This document shows, piece by piece, positions 18,824 through 28,058 of a stretch of DNA of 42,410 bases. A program made the position numbers and the translations under genes. Location of the stretch: the IMG/VR virus record IMGVR_UViG_3300032269_000163, positions 1-42,410 of that record; one strand, written 5' to 3'. Source of the stretch: a virus. Lineage: Duplodnaviria > Caudoviricetes. Positions within the stretch are counted from its first letter, which is position 1. Each line of letters begins with the position of its first letter. Under the pieces are notes generated by a model that saw only the letters and a program-made list of their open reading frames with translations, made no database searches and was not told where the DNA came from.

Positions 18824-19489
18824 TTAGACTGCAAGGTAGTTCACGACAGAGCCAGAAGCTGCGCCGATAGTACCGTATTCGTGATAGTTGAACTTGCACA
18901 AAACACGGACATAAGGACTAGCTGCGCTGGTCACTTGGTTGTCGCCTTTTTGCACAGCACCCAACAAACGGATTGGCAAAGTAGCCGTAACAGCAGGACC
19001 TGTAAGGACCATGTCTGAATACGGAGCACTGTTGCTCAATGACGATTGGTTTGCAGCAGAGATAGTCACAGCAGCGTTTAATGACAACTGAGCTTGAGTA
19101 GCACCAGTGCTATCAAACTGAGCTTCAAACAACACAAAAGGATCATCCACAACATACAAGTAACGAACGCTAGTACGAGTACCAGCAGCAATGTATGCCT
19201 TTTCCAAAGACAAAGAGTTACCAACCAAGCTCACACCTGGATCAGCAACACGAATGCCCACAATAATGCCCAAGGGCAAAGCTGATGTAGTAGTTGCGCC
19301 ACCCCACTTCTGAACATAGCGAACACCGTTCGCATCTGAACCAGAAGCAGACATCACGCAATCACCGATTGCATAGCTATTGGAAGTGTCAGAGGTAGGG
19401 ATAGCGTACAGACGACCCTGCTCGTTCCACTTGCCACCTAGCAAGTTACCAACAGGGCTAAACCCGTTGGCTTTGTTCACGTTAGCCAT
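18824..19489 (-). CDS. Capsid-associated / decoration protein
   Basis: MANVNKANGFSPV N-terminus and VVDDPFVLFEAQ; directly upstream of the capsid gene. Confidence 0.65.
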   Translation of the reverse strand: MANVNKANGFSPVGNLLGGKWNEQGRLYAIPTSDTSNSYAIGDCVMSASGSDANGVRYVQKWGGATTTSALPLGIIVGIRVADPGVSLVGNSLSLEKAYIAAGTRTSVRYLYVVDDPFVLFEAQFDSTGATQAQLSLNAAVTISAANQSSLSNSAPYSDMVLTGPAVTATLPIRLLGAVQKGDNQVTSAASPYVRVLCKFNYHEYGTIGAASGSVVNYLAV

Positions 19490-19510
19490 TTAAGACTCCT
19501 TTAAAAACAT

Positions 19511-20026
19511 TTAAGAGGTAACTTTGATTCCGTCCCTAGGGCTGTAGAACGATGGATTTTCTCCAGTGATCTTGCCCTTACGAATAGAAGCGTCAATGCG
19601 ATTGTTCTTAGCCTGAAGTTCAGCTTGATCTTCCTCGTACCATTCTTGCCGAATCTTCATTAGGTAGCCGTATTGCTCAGTGCCTTCAGCACGAGGGTTT
19701 ACGAGGAACCTAATTCTTTCTCCAAGGTCACCGTTACGGCTAACCACATTCTCACTCACGCCTCCCACTTCATCAGGACGGACAAACTCGTAGCCACTAT
19801 CCATAGCTGCTTGTATGCGTCCACCTACATCAGTAAGTACATGTAGATGGTATCCAGGTATCTGTGATTGGACACTAATCTTTGCTTCCGTGCCGTTAAA
19901 CACGTTACGTTTTTTTCGAGTTGTACCGTCTACCGCTGGAACAGGTGCAGTAGCTACTGCTTCTCGTTCTGCTGCTTTCTCAATAAGACGATCACGTTTT
20001 TCAAACTCATTTAGTGCTCTTGGCAT
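19511..20026 (-). CDS. Conserved head-module protein
   Basis: IPGYHLH..D..GRI..A...GYEFV and YLMKI..EWYEED motifs; between scaffold and capsid genes. Confidence 0.6.
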   Translation of the reverse strand: MPRALNEFEKRDRLIEKAAEREAVATAPVPAVDGTTRKKRNVFNGTEAKISVQSQIPGYHLHVLTDVGGRIQAAMDSGYEFVRPDEVGGVSENVVSRNGDLGERIRFLVNPRAEGTEQYGYLMKIRQEWYEEDQAELQAKNNRIDASIRKGKITGENPSFYSPRDGIKVTS

Positions 20027-20057
20027 AGTGTATTCCTTTTTTAAGTTAAGTTAAGAA

Positions 20058-20888
20058 TTAATTCCAGTCAAAGTCAGCTACGTATTGTTCACGGGTCATA
20101 AGCTTTTGCTTAACAAACCGATCACAAGCTGCCTTTGCATCAGAGGGAAGATTGTCATAAGTCTTGGCACTACCGCTACTGCGGCCTGTACGACCTGACC
20201 CAGACTCCACTCGACTGGCTGGACTTTGTTTTTTACCAAACTTATTGGGGAATTCCTCTGCTAACACTTCATCAAGCTTTTCTAGAAATTCGTCACCTTT
20301 AAGCGAGGGATACTCTAATCGAAGACTTTCGCCAATACCGTTAGCTACAGCAGTCAAACGTTTATCCTGACCAAACCATGTGTTGCGATCTAACCACACT
20401 TGCAGACCTGGGTCAACAGCGGGAGCACTTGGTTCTGGGGTAGCAGGAGCTTTGTCTGCATCCTTAACAGCTTGCTTAGCTTCTTTGAGTTCGTCTTTCG
20501 CTAGGTCTAACGCATCATCTAGGGCGTTGACTTTCTGCCCGTCCCCATCGCTAATAGCTTGAGCACGGCTTTGTTTAATCTCTTGAATACGCTGTTCGTA
20601 TTCTTGGGCTTTACGCTCGTAGGCTTCTCTTTGAAACTTTTTAAACTCTTCTGCGGCTTCCCGAAATTCCTTTAGTTGCTCTTTTGTAGAGTTTAAGTCT
20701 TTAATCAGGTTCTCATTATTCTTACGCAGAATAGGAAGAATTTCACGACCACGCTTTACAAAAGTATCAGCATCAACCCAGTCAGACTCGTTTCCTCGGA
20801 AGCGTTCTTTTGGAACCCAACCTTGAGACTCAGCTTCCCGAACTACTTCTGGGGCAACTTCGTTACTAGTAACATTTTCTTCGCTCAT
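20058..20888 (-). CDS. Scaffolding protein
   Basis: Coiled-coil; GWVPKE, WLDRNTWFG and C-terminal TREQY motifs; gene order agrees. Confidence 0.7.
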   Translation of the reverse strand: MSEENVTSNEVAPEVVREAESQGWVPKERFRGNESDWVDADTFVKRGREILPILRKNNENLIKDLNSTKEQLKEFREAAEEFKKFQREAYERKAQEYEQRIQEIKQSRAQAISDGDGQKVNALDDALDLAKDELKEAKQAVKDADKAPATPEPSAPAVDPGLQVWLDRNTWFGQDKRLTAVANGIGESLRLEYPSLKGDEFLEKLDEVLAEEFPNKFGKKQSPASRVESGSGRTGRSSGSAKTYDNLPSDAKAACDRFVKQKLMTREQYVADFDWN

Positions 20889-20918
20889 ATCTTACTCCTG
20901 TTTTTTAAAACGTGTCAA

Positions 20919-21266
20919 TCAAACTTTGGCTAAGTACGGATCAACAAGGTCTACGTCAGCATCTAAAGTGCCTGTAACGTCCTTGTCGTTGATCATTCGG
21001 TATTCGCTTCCATCCTTACCAAGGTAAAGCAAACCAGCATACTTAGCAAAAATAATCTTGTCCCCAACATTGCACCAAGGTGCAGGTTCATCGGCAAAAC
21101 ATTCATTGCCCATAGCAATGACTATTCCTGTGGTGTTAGCCATCTGTTCACGTTCTTTGTATTTACCACTGGTAATAACAATACCGCTTTCAGACATCTC
21201 TTTGATCTCTTGGGGTTTAACCAAAATTCGCCAACCAACGGGGTTTATTCCTGACACATTACTCAT
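20919..21266 (-). CDS. groES: GroES/Cpn10-like co-chaperonin
   Basis: PVGWRILV, SGIVI, G.VIAMG, VGDKIIFAKYAG and YRMINDKDV motifs; start at MSNVSG (21266). Confidence 0.88.
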   Translation of the reverse strand: MSNVSGINPVGWRILVKPQEIKEMSESGIVITSGKYKEREQMANTTGIVIAMGNECFADEPAPWCNVGDKIIFAKYAGLLYLGKDGSEYRMINDKDVTGTLDADVDLVDPYLAKV

Positions 21267-21492
21267 AGCTAGATTCTTTCTTTTGGATAGGTTCAAACAG
21301 GTCTTCGTACTCAAGGTTAAGAATAATTGCGATTGCTCGGCATCTACCTTTAACTTCAGCTTCGTCTTCAAACGAACCGTTAATCAAACCTTCTTTCATT
21401 GCTTCTCTGTCGTTCGATAAAGACTTCATCAAACGTTTAGTAACTGGGTGATGTTTCCATTCATCAAAGTTACTATGGCTTACTGGCTCCAT
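21259..21492 (-). CDS. Small conserved protein downstream of portal
   Basis: FDEWKHHPVTK motif; AGGAG RBS. Confidence 0.65.
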   Translation of the reverse strand: MEPVSHSNFDEWKHHPVTKRLMKSLSNDREAMKEGLINGSFEDEAEVKGRCRAIAIILNLEYEDLFEPIQKKESSYE

Positions 21493-21505
21493 TCTTTCTC
21501 CTTAG

Positions 21506-23593
21506 TTACATGGGTAGTTGCGGCATTCCTTGTTGAGGCATTTGTGGTTGCCCTTGAGGTTGCTGCTCTTCTTGTCCTTGCGCCATTTTGTCGTAAACAG
21601 AATCCATAAGTTTGATAGCACTTAGGACACCTTCACGCCGTTCACGTTGCAAAGCAATTTGGGTATTAATCTCTTGGATACGCATCTTTTCGCCTTCAGT
21701 AGCAATACCTATCTTGATTGCTTCTGCTTCGGCTTCTAACTTCTGGATTTGAGCTTGGTTCAGTTCTGCTTCGCCCATCAGCTTCAACAGAGCCATCTTC
21801 ATAGTCAACTGGTCAGAAGCTTGTCTAGCTTGTTGTCTAAGTTGTTCAATCTGAACTTTGGGATTAACAGGAGGAGGTACTGCGTTAGGTCCTTTGGGAT
21901 CTGGCAGTATTTTGTCAATGTTTGATACCTTGATAGCTTTTAAGAAAGCGTGTTCTGCTTCATAACGGTTGTATAAACCAGGGGTTGCAGCCACTCGACC
22001 AGCAATAGCCATAGCTTGATTCAAACGTTGGGCATCAGATGTGATGCTTGGATCAGCAGTAGGCATAACATCAGTTACGGGACCTTCGTAGTCAGTAGCC
22101 AACACAATACCAGTGCCTTTGGCATTAGATACGTAAGGAGTGTTCTCTGTAACAAAGATCTGATTCAAACGATACAGCTTACGGAATTCTTGTTTCAAAC
22201 TACGGTGAGTACGTTTAAAGATACCGTTAAATATCTTCATACCTTGTTCAGCCATAGTGCGGGTAGTTTCAGCAGGAGTGTTTTGTCCTGGATTTTGACC
22301 AGACAAAATATCTACAGATCCACCAATACGTTCACCATAGTTGATTAACAGATTTAACAGAGTGAACATAACCTGAGAAGGTTCACGAACTGGGAGAGGA
22401 ACAATACCTTTACGCAGGTCATCCCCAGTGGTGTCTACATGCTTCCACTCCATTGGGTTGAAGGAGTAGTTACCACCACGAAGCTTAATACCACGGCTAA
22501 GAAATCCACCAGCAGTGTTAGCCATAGTGCCAGCATCCACCAACTGGTTGATGATTGTGTTGATTGATTCGTTGAGTGGTCCAAGTAAAACTCCAAAGCC
22601 TAAATCGTAAAAACCGCCATCAGGAGAGGGAACAAAAGGATACTTAGTAAAGTACTGCTCAGCTTTGATACTGAGAACTACATCGCTCTTGTTGCGTTCA
22701 ATATCACCTGTACTGTATCTAGCAACAATACGAGCAACTTGTTTATTGTCTCTACGCACGTACACAATGTAAGGTTCAGCATATCCATCATCATCAAAGT
22801 CAATATAGCAATGTTGCTCTAAGATTTCAATTGGAGTGCTAGAGTCATTAGGCTCAGGTGGTTGCAAGCCTTGAGCTTTGTCTTGGGCATTTTGCAACGG
22901 GTTACCCATAGCAATAGACGAGTATTGCTGTTGACGACCTTCAGATATATCTAACCACAATCCACGAGCAACACGCTCATAGATTTCATTCTTAGACATT
23001 TGAAGAACGTGAGTAACACGAGGAGCTGTTTCTAAGCTCTTAGCCCAGTAGTTGACTACCAAGTCTTTGGCTAACACGTTTTCAGAGATGTTGTGCTTTT
23101 TGATAGGATCATAGTAAGTCTTCTTAAATGCACAACCAATAATAGGTTGGGTAATAAGAACCTTGTCCATCTCTGATTCCCAATCCTCGTCTTCTTCAAG
23201 GAGTTGGTAGCTCATGTGTTGTTCAACACGGGTAGAACGCAAAGCACGTTCACCGTCTTTGTCATCTCCAACAACACGGCATTTAACTGGCAAGTCGCTA
23301 TCAATCAAGACGGGGTAGCTACGAGCATGATATTGCAGTGCAGCAATAGTGATAAGAGGGAACTTAACGTTAGAAGCATTAGCCCAAGGAAAGTTTTTAG
23401 TCTCGGCTACTTGCAAAGCAAGCTTTAAAGAAGCTTCAGTACGTTTTTCCCAACTAGATCTGGACAATAAGTCATTGTCAAAGTCTCGTACACACTGAAC
23501 CCCAATAGTAGTCAAGTCTTCTTTAGAAAGCTTGTCAGCAATGTTAGCCTCATACACGAGGTCATTAATATCGAATTTATCTTTGAGATTCAT
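21506..23593 (-). CDS. Portal protein
   Basis: ~695 aa directly after TerL; KNFPWANASNVKFP, GCAFKKTYYD and FYDLGFG motifs; coiled-coil and Gln/Pro-rich tail. Confidence 0.88.
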   Translation of the reverse strand: MNLKDKFDINDLVYEANIADKLSKEDLTTIGVQCVRDFDNDLLSRSSWEKRTEASLKLALQVAETKNFPWANASNVKFPLITIAALQYHARSYPVLIDSDLPVKCRVVGDDKDGERALRSTRVEQHMSYQLLEEDEDWESEMDKVLITQPIIGCAFKKTYYDPIKKHNISENVLAKDLVVNYWAKSLETAPRVTHVLQMSKNEIYERVARGLWLDISEGRQQQYSSIAMGNPLQNAQDKAQGLQPPEPNDSSTPIEILEQHCYIDFDDDGYAEPYIVYVRRDNKQVARIVARYSTGDIERNKSDVVLSIKAEQYFTKYPFVPSPDGGFYDLGFGVLLGPLNESINTIINQLVDAGTMANTAGGFLSRGIKLRGGNYSFNPMEWKHVDTTGDDLRKGIVPLPVREPSQVMFTLLNLLINYGERIGGSVDILSGQNPGQNTPAETTRTMAEQGMKIFNGIFKRTHRSLKQEFRKLYRLNQIFVTENTPYVSNAKGTGIVLATDYEGPVTDVMPTADPSITSDAQRLNQAMAIAGRVAATPGLYNRYEAEHAFLKAIKVSNIDKILPDPKGPNAVPPPVNPKVQIEQLRQQARQASDQLTMKMALLKLMGEAELNQAQIQKLEAEAEAIKIGIATEGEKMRIQEINTQIALQRERREGVLSAIKLMDSVYDKMAQGQEEQQPQGQPQMPQQGMPQLPM

Positions 23594-23595
23594 TT

Positions 23596-25110
23596 TTAAT
23601 ATCCACAAACAGCAGAACGACCAGAATCTAACACATTATTGTCTCGAACAAAAGCCTCGTACTCTTCTTCTTCCAACTCTTTTTCGGTTGGAGCTTCCCA
23701 CATCCTATCGAGCATTAACCCCAAGTATGCCCAAGCATCTACCTGGTCGTCATGCTTATCCCTAGGAAATCTAAGAAGCTCATCCTCAAAGCTTTGATAC
23801 CAATCAGCGTCCTTATCGAACTTACAAGCCCCACTTCTCATTCGAGCTTGAATACTTCTAGCACGGGTAAGTTTGTCTCCACTAGGCTTGAGCAACACAG
23901 TGTTGATGAACTCTCCACGCTTAAGCATCTCCTCATTGAGATAGGGGCCAATGGCTTTTTGGATCGTTCCCTGTTCGAGTCCAAAGAGTACGGGCTTATA
24001 AATCTTTTGCAACATCAGAATTGTATCCACGATTTCTAAAGCATCCATACGTGCTTTGACAACGTGTTTACAGTACAGCTTTCCTTCTTCGTCCATACCA
24101 CCAACCACAAAGGCAGAGTAGTCAGCCCGTTGGGATTGAGATACAGCCAAGTCACAGGTAGCGTAGTAGACCAACTTCTTCTTGTGGTCTTCTGCTTTCA
24201 TGGCAACAAAGTCTGTGCTTTTAAAGAAAGTGTCAGTAATGTCCAAAGGAACATTAAGCATCTCTTGGGAGTAGACATCAGCTAAACCTTGGCGTACATA
24301 GTCTTCTTTGAGCATCCTGAACTCAGCAGCAGACTTCATTTCAGGCCAAAGCAAAGTCTTAAAGTCATCCGTGTGAGCACGGTACTTAACTGATCTCCAC
24401 GGCAGAACATTTGTAGAAAACTCTCGTAAGTCTTCTCGAACTAATTGCTTGATACCTTTGTGAGCACCTAACTGAGAAGCTGGCATTAAGTTCTCAAGTA
24501 GACTATCCAAATGAAGGATAGTGCCTACTATACGTATCTTTCCAGTTGAAGAGACACAGGGAATAAGAGCACCATAGAACCAACGCTTAAACTTTTGACG
24601 TCTGTCTTTGTTCATAACGATCTCGTCATTCTCCATATCATCCCCGATAATTAAGTCTGGACGGAGGTTAGCCCATTTCAATCCACGAAGCTTCTGCTCA
24701 GAACCTTTGGCTTGGATACGGAATGTCCACCCATCTTCCAACTCAACAATTAAGTCATCTTCGGTATCTTTGGGGAATTCTTTGATACCAAACAGAGAGC
24801 GTAGATCATCGTTCTCTAGCAGTTCTTTCTTGATGTCTCCTAGGAACTGTACAGCTTGGGTAACAGTATCCGAAACAATAAGAACGTATCTAGACTCCCT
24901 AAAGAGGACAGATGCTAGGGTGTAAGCATGGGTTACAGCAGTAGATTTAGCGTGATAACGAGGAGCAGCTATGGCTACTTGCTTGCTGTTACTAGTAACA
25001 AGATCCCAGATTTCCTTATGAAACTGGGGGGTAGCAGCAGGTTTATCGAAGTTCTTTCTCAACACGGAGTTGACAAAGCCCTCCATAACATCAGCATTAA
25101 GCCGAGACAA
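23596..25110 (-). CDS. terL: Terminase large subunit
   Basis: Walker A APRYHAKST, Walker B IIGDDMEND, VGT motif, nuclease CDLAVS and HDDQVDA. Confidence 0.93.
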   Translation of the reverse strand: MSRLNADVMEGFVNSVLRKNFDKPAATPQFHKEIWDLVTSNSKQVAIAAPRYHAKSTAVTHAYTLASVLFRESRYVLIVSDTVTQAVQFLGDIKKELLENDDLRSLFGIKEFPKDTEDDLIVELEDGWTFRIQAKGSEQKLRGLKWANLRPDLIIGDDMENDEIVMNKDRRQKFKRWFYGALIPCVSSTGKIRIVGTILHLDSLLENLMPASQLGAHKGIKQLVREDLREFSTNVLPWRSVKYRAHTDDFKTLLWPEMKSAAEFRMLKEDYVRQGLADVYSQEMLNVPLDITDTFFKSTDFVAMKAEDHKKKLVYYATCDLAVSQSQRADYSAFVVGGMDEEGKLYCKHVVKARMDALEIVDTILMLQKIYKPVLFGLEQGTIQKAIGPYLNEEMLKRGEFINTVLLKPSGDKLTRARSIQARMRSGACKFDKDADWYQSFEDELLRFPRDKHDDQVDAWAYLGLMLDRMWEAPTEKELEEEEYEAFVRDNNVLDSGRSAVCGY

Positions 25111-25627
25111 CTTTAGCCTCTACGTCTATAGGTACGGCATTGCTCATCTTGTTACTGGCAAACTTAGCAAACTCTTCAGACAACTTGAGGAGCCTATCGT
25201 CAATTGTCTTTTCCAATTCTTCTTTGATTGGGTTCTCGTTGAGCTTTTGTTGCTTAGTCAGTAGCTCAGTTGTAATCTTTAAAGCCACATGAGCCTTGAC
25301 TGGAACACGAACAATCTCCCCAGTTTTTTGGTCAAATTGAGCATCACCTAAGTCAAGTCTGTCTTCAGTAGCTTTGAGAGCTTTGTTGATAACCCGCTTG
25401 AGGTTAGAGTCCATTTGTTGGACATCTTCAGTTTGAAGCTGAAGAGCGTATTCTTTAAACCAGTCTGTCTGTTTCCAAAGCTTAAGGGTAGGTAAGGGTA
25501 TACCCGTAACAATAGCTGTCTCAGACATATTGCCAAGCATCAAGTAAGTACTGACAGCTTGGAGCCTTTGGTTCTGTGACCAAACAGATTTCTTGTATCT
25601 CTTGTCTTTGGAAGCTCGTCTTTGCAT
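25097..25627 (-). CDS. Probable terminase small subunit (N-terminal HTH)
   Basis: HTH-like GNMSETAIVTGIPLPTLKLWK; immediately upstream of and overlapping terL. Confidence 0.65.
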   Translation of the reverse strand: MQRRASKDKRYKKSVWSQNQRLQAVSTYLMLGNMSETAIVTGIPLPTLKLWKQTDWFKEYALQLQTEDVQQMDSNLKRVINKALKATEDRLDLGDAQFDQKTGEIVRVPVKAHVALKITTELLTKQQKLNENPIKEELEKTIDDRLLKLSEEFAKFASNKMSNAVPIDVEAKVVSA

Positions 25628-25628
25628 A

Positions 25629-25793
25629 TTACTTTTTAGCAGTCTTGGCAGATTGTTTAAAAGCTTTAGCCGTAGGAGCACCTTTGGTTCCTGGGGTACG
25701 CATTTTTTCCCCAGATCCTTTGGCTATACGTTTCTTTTTGGCATGTATGTTGGCATACAAACCTTTGGGTTCTTTACCTGTATTGATAGTCAT
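25629..25793 (-). CDS. Small basic protein (54 aa, not in ORF track)
   Basis: MTINTGKEPKGLYANIHAKKKRIAKGSGEKMRTPGTKGAPTAKAFKQSAKTAKK; tightly packed between neighbours. Confidence 0.75.
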   Translation of the reverse strand: MTINTGKEPKGLYANIHAKKKRIAKGSGEKMRTPGTKGAPTAKAFKQSAKTAKK

Positions 25794-25794
25794 A

Positions 25795-26049
25795 TCAACA
25801 CTTCCACTTCTTAAGAGCTTTGTTAATCCTTGAATCAGGATCTTTGGCTTTCTCTGTGCCAGTCAATTTCTTTTTCATGCCACCCATACGAGCACAGAAG
25901 GAATCTTTACGAGAACCACCTTCGGGTTGAGGAGGTTTAAGGTCATGTCCTTGCTTCTTAGCTGAAGCTCGACCTTTAGCGTTTAAGCCACCTGACTCAG
26001 ACTTACCTTCTTTACGTTGCCAAGCAGGACTTTTTTTACCAGTTGCCAT
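25795..26049 (-). CDS. Small basic conserved phage protein (DUF6321-like, from memory)
   Basis: SPAWQRKEGK..GGLNAKGRAS..SFCARM..W.C pattern. Confidence 0.7.
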   Translation of the reverse strand: MATGKKSPAWQRKEGKSESGGLNAKGRASAKKQGHDLKPPQPEGGSRKDSFCARMGGMKKKLTGTEKAKDPDSRINKALKKWKC

Positions 26050-26063
26050 GTTTTTCCTTTAGT

Positions 26064-26138
26064 TGGAAGCGGGGGCCAGATTCGCACTGACGACCTGATG
26101 CTTATGAGACATCCGAGATACTCCTTCTCCACCCCGCT
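26064..26138 (-). tRNA. tRNA with CAU anticodon (Met; initiator-derived, atypical)
   Basis: AGCGGGG TG GAGA AGGAGTA TCTC G GATGT CTCATAA GCATC AGGTC GTCAG TGCGAAT CTGGC CCCCGCT T CCA folds into a full 75-nt cloverleaf with encoded CCA. Confidence 0.9.
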
Positions 26139-26139
26139 A

Positions 26140-27081
26140 TGGACGGGACTATAACAGCTATTCAATACTATGTGTCTGTCACATACGTGACTAGATAGGA
26201 TATTTATTTTCAGTTTGTGTACCTTCAGTGGACTTGACAAGGTTTTTGAAAACTTGGACACTGAGGGCTTCTTTCTTTTACTGTTTTCTTTCTTAGGTTC
26301 AGGTATTAACAACCACATGTTTGATGCGAGTCTTAGTAAAGACGAGCATCTATATATAACCTAGTAGTAACCCCCCTTTGTTTAAAAATATGCAGCAGGG
26401 TTATAAACCTTGATAAATCAATTCAAACATAAAACAATTTGCTCCCCCTCCCCCTCTAAATAACTATAAAGCATATACACATATAAATATATACATACCT
26501 ATCTATATAGCTATTAGTAGTAAGCGTTATAGAGCAGCTATATACATCAATAACTTAGGCCACTGTTGTATCTCGTTGTTCATCATCTAGGCTATTCGTT
26601 GTTTATGTATTTAATACGGATACGGATACAGCATCTACCTCGCACAATCCTAACATTGTGTTCGTCACTTCGTCATCGTTGTACTAATAACTGTGCTTGC
26701 CTCACACAGACGATGAAGGGCTAACCGCTTGGTCTAAAGCTGACTCTTGTACGTCTGTATCGGCTATCCCTCCGAGTATTGTGTTGGATACGCTCCGACT
26801 GACATAGTGCTCCTCGTTCCTCAAAGGGCTCCGTGACTAACCATGGTACTTTGGTACTCAACTTGTAAAGACGAATTTTCTATTGTTGTCAGTTGCGTAG
26901 CAACTATCCTAGGTCGCCTCGTCAAGGCTGTTCGTTGTGTGCCACAACCTGTGGACAACAATACAAAATCCCCGCCTTCGGCGGCTAAAGGTCTTGACAA
27001 GTCGAGGCTCCCCAAAGTTCCCTGCTTAGGTCACGCAGCGCATAGGGCGTTGGGTGATACAACCAACTTAGGAGTTCGACC
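26140..27081. promoter_or_regulatory. Divergent non-coding control region between late and early arms
   Basis: No convincing ORF. Contains an AT-rich tract at 26460-26550, a candidate + promoter TTGACA-N17-GACACT (26234-26262) and a candidate extended -10 TGTTATAGT on the - strand just upstream of the tRNA. Confidence 0.6.
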
Positions 27082-27402
27082 ATGCAATTATCCTTTCATT
27101 CCCTCTTAGCTTCAGCTCAGGAAGTAGACTTCTTCACTGACATCATTCTCGACACTGGCTTGTCTGGTGACCTCGAACCAGACACTTCATTCGTTACAGA
27201 GTTAGAGAGTATTCCTCAAGCAGCTCTTCTGGAAGAAGAGTTAGCTGCTACCGAGGAATGGTTTGAGCTAGAGTTAGCTATCGAGCTTGAGGCAGATGTG
27301 GGTACAGGACCACATCCTGAGTTCGAGATACATTCTGCTTGCGAGCTTCGCAACATGGCTAAGCACCTTGCTCAAATGATGGTGTACGACCTAGACTTTT
27401 AA
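27082..27402 (+). CDS. First early gene; strongly acidic protein
   Basis: AGGAG RBS; 24 Asp/Glu versus 2 Lys/Arg in 106 aa; followed by a terminator. Confidence 0.75.
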   Translation: MQLSFHSLLASAQEVDFFTDIILDTGLSGDLEPDTSFVTELESIPQAALLEEELAATEEWFELELAIELEADVGTGPHPEFEIHSACELRNMAKHLAQMMVYDLDF

Positions 27403-27408
27403 CTACCG

Positions 27409-27430
27409 CCCGCTTCGGCGGGTTTTTTTT
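27409..27430 (+). terminator. Intrinsic terminator
   Basis: CCCGC-TTCG-GCGGG followed by T8. Confidence 0.85.
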
Positions 27431-27463
27431 CTACTCCGCTATGTTCTTAGTAACAACCTTGGT

Positions 27464-27492
27464 TTGCAACAGTATGGTCTTAGCATTATCTT
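27464..27492 (+). promoter_or_regulatory. Candidate sigma70 promoter
   Basis: TTGCAA-N17-TATCTT, between a terminator and a structured leader. Confidence 0.4.
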
Positions 27493-27771
27493 GTCGTATG
27501 AGCTGAGCCAAGCTCTTTTGGTAGCTGTGCGCTTGTGGATTGCGCCCCCCGCTTCTCGTGCGGGGTGACCATCGGTCGCTCTCTACGTTCGCTCCCTTGC
27601 ACAAACCACGCCAGTCGCTGCGCTTCGCTTGCTTTGTGTCATGGCTGCGGGGCTTCGCCCTTTGTGCCTTGGTCATCCTTCGGACTGCGCCCCTGCGGGG
27701 CTTGCCCCTTACTCTCAGCTTCTTTGAGGGGGGCGAATCCCCTTCACTTCATCAACCTCAAGGAGCTAAAA

Positions 27772-27990
27772 ATGGCACAGCAAAACGACTTCGACTTCAA
27801 CGCTTTCAACAATCTTACTGAACGCAAGCCCGCTGGCTTACAAATCTTCCTCGCTCAGCAGCTTCTGTCCAACGCTCTCTGGAGCATGGAGAAGTTCGAC
27901 AACCCACGTGGTGCTGATCTCAACAGCATCGTTGTTGACATCAAGGAGCTGCGTGCGTTGCTCAAGCAAGATGCTGCTGATCGTAAGTAA
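27772..27990 (+). CDS. Early hypothetical protein (72 aa)
   Basis: AAGGAG RBS before MAQQNDFDF; followed by a terminator. Confidence 0.75.
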   Translation: MAQQNDFDFNAFNNLTERKPAGLQIFLAQQLLSNALWSMEKFDNPRGADLNSIVVDIKELRALLKQDAADRK

Positions 27991-27997
27991 CTTGTAC

Positions 27998-28030
27998 AAG
28001 GTAGTAGTTCACTCTACTACCTTTTTTTTT
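27998..28030 (+). terminator. Intrinsic terminator
   Basis: AAGGTAGTAG-TTCACT-CTACTACCTT followed by a T run. Confidence 0.85.
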
Positions 28031-28058
28031 GTTCCTAGTAACTTTCAAGGGGTTCATC

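Noticed and set aside
138-25833. Many + strand ORFs in the track opposite the structural genes
   Set aside because: They are antisense shadows of well-supported - strand genes, with no recognisable motifs.
25983-26318. 111-aa - strand ORF upstream of the late operon
   Set aside because: It overlaps the tRNA and promoter region, has a non-ATG start and shows no motifs.
27535-27771. 5' extension of the 27535..27990 ORF and overlapping ORFs 27431 and 27540
   Set aside because: GC-rich hairpin DNA lacks stops by chance; the convincing start is the ATG at 27772 with an AAGGAG RBS.
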